Shown here piece after piece: positions 15,946 to 20,371 of a stretch of 20,371 nucleotides of DNA. The translations under genes were made by a program, and so were the position numbers. This stretch comes from Candidatus Jordarchaeales archaeon (GTDB lineage Archaea > Asgardarchaeota > Jordiarchaeia > Jordiarchaeales > Freyrarchaeaceae). Where the stretch lies: contig JAWCFL010000003.1 in the NCBI GenBank assembly GCA_038858525.1, forward strand, positions 8,364 through 28,734, given 5' to 3'. The notes beneath the pieces were generated by a model. That model was not told the DNA's origin. It did not search any database and was given only the letters and a program-made list of their open reading frames with translations. Numbering within the stretch: the first letter of the stretch is position 1; every line of letters starts with the position of its first letter.

Positions 15946-16872
15946 TTATTGTTGTGTTAGTTGTTCTAGTTTTTGTATTTCTTGCCATTTTTTGTCGACG
16001 TATGCTTGTATAGCGTTGATTATGTCGTGCCTAGTTTTTGGTGTGAATAGGTGTCTGAAACGTCCTTGTGGTCGAAGGTAGTATTCTACTGGGAGTTTTC
16101 TTTTAGGCTTCATGGTGATCTTGTATTGTCCATTTTCTACCTCGTAGAGAGGGAACATGCAGGTTTGGACTGCCAGCCGTCCTAGTTCTATTGTTAGGTA
16201 TGGGGGAGTTCTCCATCCTCTAGGGCATGGTGTTAAGGCTAGGATGAAAGATGGGCCGTCTGCCTGTATGGCTTTCTTCATTTTTCTTTGGAGATCCATG
16301 GGGTAAGAGGGGCTTACTGTTGCGGCGTAAGGTATGTCGTGAGCCACTACGATCTTCATGAGGTCTTTTTGCCACTCTGTTTTTCCAGGAATTACTTTCC
16401 CTGCTGGGCTAGTGGTGGTCCACGCGGCTCTTGGCGTTGCGCCCGAACGCTGTATTCCAGTGTTCATGTAAGCGTCATTAGTGTAGCAGACATAGACGAA
16501 CTTGTGGCCCCTTTCTAAGGCCCCAGAGAGTGATTGAAGCCCTATGTCGTATGTTCCTCCATCACCCGCTAAGGCTAACACAACGTCCCATTTCTTTTTC
16601 CTGCCTTTTCGTATCAGAGCCTTTTGGGCTGCCTCTACTCCCGCCGCCACGGCACCCGTGCACTCGAATGCCGGGTGGATCCATGGTGTTCTCCAAGAAG
16701 TGTAGGGGAAGGGTGTTGTTGACACTTCGAGGCAGGATGTGGCGTTGCAAATTATTGGTGGCTCATCGAAGGATTTCAGTATTTGCCTTATCGTTACTCC
16801 CTCGCCGCACCCCGCACAGAGCCTGTGTCCAGATGAGAGGTACTCGTGTAGAGGTAGCGATTTTAGAGCCAT
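15946..16872 (-). CDS. porB: Pyruvate/2-ketoisovalerate:ferredoxin oxidoreductase beta subunit
   Basis: GHRLCAGCG, CNATSCLEV, TPP motif GDGGTYDIG...AYMNTGIQRS, PCPRGW. Substrate not resolvable by eye. Confidence 0.93.
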   Translation of the reverse strand: MALKSLPLHEYLSSGHRLCAGCGEGVTIRQILKSFDEPPIICNATSCLEVSTTPFPYTSWRTPWIHPAFECTGAVAAGVEAAQKALIRKGRKKKWDVVLALAGDGGTYDIGLQSLSGALERGHKFVYVCYTNDAYMNTGIQRSGATPRAAWTTTSPAGKVIPGKTEWQKDLMKIVVAHDIPYAATVSPSYPMDLQRKMKKAIQADGPSFILALTPCPRGWRTPPYLTIELGRLAVQTCMFPLYEVENGQYKITMKPKRKLPVEYYLRPQGRFRHLFTPKTRHDIINAIQAYVDKKWQEIQKLEQLTQQ

Positions 16873-16881
16873 AATATCACC

Positions 16882-18084
16882 TCACGGTCCTATACATCCT
16901 GGCCCCCGACAGCCGACCACCCTGTAGTCTTCCTCGAGCACGTCTCGCTCAGCTATCCTTAGGAGCTCCTCTGTGATTTTGATAAAGTGCTCTACTCGTA
17001 TGTCTCGTCCGCCGAGCCCCGCGGGGAACCCCATGACGTGCGGTCTCTCTCTCATCTCGTAAAGGGCAGCTCTGACCTCCATGTTCAGCGCGCCTCCCAT
17101 GGATCCGAAGCTTATATGCCGATCGATCACTCCCACCGCCTTCAGGCCACTTAGGGCTTTTCTGAGGTCTTCGACTGGGAGGGGGCGGAAGAGCCTCAGC
17201 TTCAGTAATCCCACCGGCTTGCCCTCAGCCCTCATCTCGTCAACAGCATCCTTAGCTGTACCGCTAGCGCTCCCTATAGTCAGAAGGGCAACCTCAGCTC
17301 CATCCATCTGGTACTTTTCAATTATATCGTAGTTTCTCCCAAAGGACTCGTTAAATTCGTTGATTATCTCTTTTATTGTTTGAATGGATTTCTTGGTGGC
17401 GACTTCCTGCTGGTACTTTATTTCCGGGTAGTACTCTGGGACGCCGACGCAGCCTATAGTCACAGGATTCTCGACGTCCAGCGGGTAAACGGGGGTTCTC
17501 GGTGGCAGAAATGAGTCCACCTCACTGTCGCTCAGAGTCTCGACGCCCTCAGTGGAGTGGCTCACAACGAAACCGTCATGACAAACCATGACTGGAAGGA
17601 GAACCCTGTGATCCTCCGCTATCCTGAAGGATTGAATAGTGAAGTCATAAACTTCCTGAGCGTTCTCGTTGTATATCTGGATCCAGCCGCAGTCCCTCGC
17701 CCCCATAGTGTCGCTCATATCGTTCCAGATGTTTAGGGGAGAGTTCAGAGCTCTGTTAGCGACGCTCATCACTATTGGTAACCTGAAAGATGACGCTACA
17801 AACAGCATCTCGTACATTAAAGCCAAACCTTGGGAGGCTGTTGCAGTGTAGGTTCTAGCACCCATCGCTGAGGCGCCTATACAGGCGCTCAACGCCGAGT
17901 GCTCGGACTCGGCTGAAATGAACTCAGCGTCCAGTTCGCCGTCCGCGACGAAGTCGCTCAGCCTCTCAACAATTATGGTTTGGGGAGTTATAGGGTAAGC
18001 AGCTATGACGTCCGGTTTACATTGCTTAACAGCATAGGCCGCGGCTTCGTCGCCATTGAGGGCTAAAACCTTTCTCGCCATCAC
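16882..18084 (-). CDS. porA: Pyruvate/2-ketoisovalerate:ferredoxin oxidoreductase alpha subunit
   Basis: AAYPITPQT, ESEHSALSAC, TATASQGL, ANRAL, GLGGRDI. Confidence 0.93.
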   Translation of the reverse strand: MMARKVLALNGDEAAAYAVKQCKPDVIAAYPITPQTIIVERLSDFVADGELDAEFISAESEHSALSACIGASAMGARTYTATASQGLALMYEMLFVASSFRLPIVMSVANRALNSPLNIWNDMSDTMGARDCGWIQIYNENAQEVYDFTIQSFRIAEDHRVLLPVMVCHDGFVVSHSTEGVETLSDSEVDSFLPPRTPVYPLDVENPVTIGCVGVPEYYPEIKYQQEVATKKSIQTIKEIINEFNESFGRNYDIIEKYQMDGAEVALLTIGSASGTAKDAVDEMRAEGKPVGLLKLRLFRPLPVEDLRKALSGLKAVGVIDRHISFGSMGGALNMEVRAALYEMRERPHVMGFPAGLGGRDIRVEHFIKITEELLRIAERDVLEEDYRVVGCRGPGCIGP

Positions 18085-18085
18085 C

Positions 18086-18370
18086 TTACGCTTCCTCCGC
18101 CTCGCTCTTCATCCTTATGGCTCCTGAGGGGCACTCGTAGGCGCATATCCCACAACCCTTACAGTGGTAGTAATCGATTTCTACCTTACTTTCTCTCCGG
18201 GTTATGGCGCCATCTGGACAGTAGATCCAGCATAGGAGACAGAATGTGCACTTCTCCTGATTGATGACAGGTTTCTGCCTAGACCTCCAATCGCCTGTCC
18301 TGTAGCTTTCAGCGTTGCCTGGCTCTAATATGTATCCAGCGAACGGTACCTCCTCCCATGTTTTCAACAT
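18086..18370 (-). CDS. porD: Oxidoreductase delta (ferredoxin-like) subunit
   Basis: TGDWR...KPVINQEKCTFCLLCWIYCPD...DYYHCKGCGICAYECP. Confidence 0.93.
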   Translation of the reverse strand: MLKTWEEVPFAGYILEPGNAESYRTGDWRSRQKPVINQEKCTFCLLCWIYCPDGAITRRESKVEIDYYHCKGCGICAYECPSGAIRMKSEAEEA

Positions 18371-18936
18371 TACACCTCCTCGATTTTTGCTTCCCGGTAG
18401 GCCCGCTCAACAGCCTTAACGTTCGCCTCAGCCACTTTACCCTTAAAGGTGGAATTTACAACGCTAATAACCGAGTCAAGCGTGACTAGTTGAGTGGATT
18501 TCACTAAGGTGCCGAGTATCGGCGTGTTAACTCTTGGGGCCCCTAGAAGCTCCAACGCTATACTCGTCGCGTTCACAGTCGCAACCTTTGCTTTGGTTCC
18601 CAGTTCCTTCTTAAGCTCCCCCGGCTCCCTCGCCGTATTAACTATGAGCCAACCGTTATCCTTCAGTCCTTCCGTCACATTTTCAGCCCTAATAACTGTC
18701 GGATCCAGCACGACAACGACGTCTGGAGTGTATATCTGCGACCTTACACGGATTAGGGTGTCGCTTAATCTAGTGAAGGCCCTTATCGGCGCACCTTCCC
18801 TCTCAGCGCCAAAAGCAGGGAAACTCTGCACTTTTTTACCTTCAAGAAGAGCAGCCTCCGCAAGCAGGCGACTGGCTGTGACCACACCTTGTCCGCCTCT
18901 ACCGTGAAACCTGACTTCCACCATTCCGCGCAACAT
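18370..18936 (-). CDS. porC: Oxidoreductase gamma subunit
   Basis: EVRFHGRGGQGVVTAS, FPAFGAEREGAPI, PDVVVVLD, NTPILG; stop overlaps the delta start (TAATG). Confidence 0.93.
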   Translation of the reverse strand: MLRGMVEVRFHGRGGQGVVTASRLLAEAALLEGKKVQSFPAFGAEREGAPIRAFTRLSDTLIRVRSQIYTPDVVVVLDPTVIRAENVTEGLKDNGWLIVNTAREPGELKKELGTKAKVATVNATSIALELLGAPRVNTPILGTLVKSTQLVTLDSVISVVNSTFKGKVAEANVKAVERAYREAKIEEV

Positions 18937-19283
18937 TTTCCTCCCGTTATTTCTACGGGGTTGCTAAGTGTCTTCAGTAGGAATTACTAAAAAACTTTAC
19001 CGTGATTCTTTAATAGAAGCTTACATTCCTTGTTCCCGGGGTAGTAAGTTGATTGCTAAAATGGTGGAAAAGCATGGATAATAATGTTCGGCGACGGCGT
19101 GCAATTGGGTGGGGGAATGGGAAACGGCTATGATTCACGCGTCCGGCAGATGGCTGCTCTGAAATAGTAAGCAGTAGAATGAGGCAAGCTGACGAGCTAA
19201 GACTACACGATTTATCTGTCTATAAAAACTACTAATGGAAGAAATAAATGGTGTGGTGGCGAGAGAAGTTGTGGAGGAAAGAG

Positions 19284-20371
19284 CTATAAGAGGAAGAGGG
19301 CTGCTAGGGCTAGGAGTGATAGGAAAGGTATTACTGTGGCCTTTTTTGCTAGGGAGGCAGCTTTCTGCACGGATAGCGAGAGTTTCGTCATCGAGTTTTC
19401 CCCGATAACTTTTACTTTAACTTTTTCGATGAAATACGTTGGCTCGGCTTCTTCCATGTTTTTCTTAGCCGCTTCAACCGAGCTCAGCGCGGCGTCTATT
19501 ACGGCGTTCCAGTCAACAGAGAACCCCACAGGATTTGAGCCGCGTTCCCCTATTGAGACAGCGTTTGTTTCATGGCTATCACTGGTCAGCACCTCCACAG
19601 CATGTACCCCCAGCTCCTCCACTCTACGCCTTATAGATTCTCTGAGTCCATACATCATGTTGTTTCCATCCACTATAATGTAGCATGAAACGTGTCCTTC
19701 TACGTCTAAAAGAAGGGAGAAGACGCCGCCACTCCCTATTCCCTCCTTCACTCCAGCGCCCAAGACGCTTGCATGACCCCCTCCAGCCTTAACTCTAGCA
19801 GCCTTAAGCGTCTTAGCCGCTCTAAGAGCATTAGTGGCAGCAACGATTATTTCTTCGGCTATCTCGGTGCTGGGAGTTAATGGTTCCAGCTCAAGTCTGC
19901 CTTCGCTGGCACTGTGAGCATCTATCATGAAGATGTCGCTATTCCATTCGCCTGCTAATCGTTTTGAAAGCTCTGTCAGCATACTGGGATGCACATCATC
20001 ATAGCTGCACGATGTGAGGCTTACAGTGAACAAGGCTAGGTCACCGAAGAGCTGGCAACCAACTCTAACGGGGCCGCGCTCAACTTGAACCAGTGGGCTT
20101 ACAGGCTTACCCAGCTTAAACTTGTTGAGTTGAGCGGCTTTAATGACTTCCTCGGCCAGCTTGACTACCTCGAAGCGGGATACGGGGTTTTGAGCGTGGG
20201 TGGATGCCCCGTGGGCTACTCCAGCCAATCCGCCGACTTGCTCCTCGAACGCCTTAGCCATCACGTAAGGAAGGGTGGCTCCTCCAACTTTCCTGAAGGG
20301 ACCGGGGTGAACCATTGGAACTATAAGTGAGACGGCTGGTCTCTCTTGGCTGATGAAGCTCAACACTAGTA
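19284..20371 (-). CDS. DUF2070-family membrane protein, C-terminal part; runs off the right edge
   Basis: HPGPFRKVGG, HGASTH..NP, IDAH, DGNNM..GLRE, TSDSHE and a C-terminal hydrophobic helix; the frame stays open to the window edge. Confidence 0.8.
   Translation of the reverse strand, partial: LVLSFISQERPAVSLIVPMVHPGPFRKVGGATLPYVMAKAFEEQVGGLAGVAHGASTHAQNPVSRFEVVKLAEEVIKAAQLNKFKLGKPVSPLVQVERGPVRVGCQLFGDLALFTVSLTSCSYDDVHPSMLTELSKRLAGEWNSDIFMIDAHSASEGRLELEPLTPSTEIAEEIIVAATNALRAAKTLKAARVKAGGGHASVLGAGVKEGIGSGGVFSLLLDVEGHVSCYIIVDGNNMMYGLRESIRRRVEELGVHAVEVLTSDSHETNAVSIGERGSNPVGFSVDWNAVIDAALSSVEAAKKNMEEAEPTYFIEKVKVKVIGENSMTKLSLSVQKAASLAKKATVIPFLSLLALAALFLL

Noticed and set aside
19020-19283. Short + strand ORFs between porC and the DUF2070 gene
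   Set aside because: Under 30 codons or antisense to the DUF2070 3' end, with no recognisable motif.
1-20371. CRISPR array, IS element, integrase or rRNA
   Set aside because: No regularly spaced repeats, transposase or recombinase motifs, or rRNA-like sequence seen.

Overview
Archaeal chromosomal window, most likely from an Asgard archaeon (inferred from a gelsolin-domain protein and a neighbouring longin/roadblock-like protein with an NPRL2-like winged helix). Left to right: 5' part of tfb (missed by the ORF track); an AbrB/ACT-like protein; an SCP2 lipid-binding protein; the gelsolin and longin-like gene pair; a ~1045-aa membrane-anchored glycoprotein; ACT-ACT-SerB; a Cys-rich Fe-S protein; thioredoxin; a HAD hydrolase; a UroD/MtaA-family protein; a metallophosphoesterase; a radical SAM/SPASM enzyme; an initiator tRNA-Met split by a 28-nt intron in the T-loop; a decayed HEPN gene; a Cys-rich AbrB-fold (HgcC-like) gene coupled to arsM; a four-gene POR/VOR-type oxidoreductase operon; and the 3' part of a DUF2070 gene. 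Best leads: the T-loop intron (which also carries copies of the acceptor stem), a repeating G+T to A+C sawtooth strand skew that ignores gene orientation, the gelsolin plus NPRL2-like pair, and the ArsR-less AbrB-arsM unit. All protein calls come from motif recognition by eye, with no database searches; several starts were moved from the ORF track using RBS evidence.
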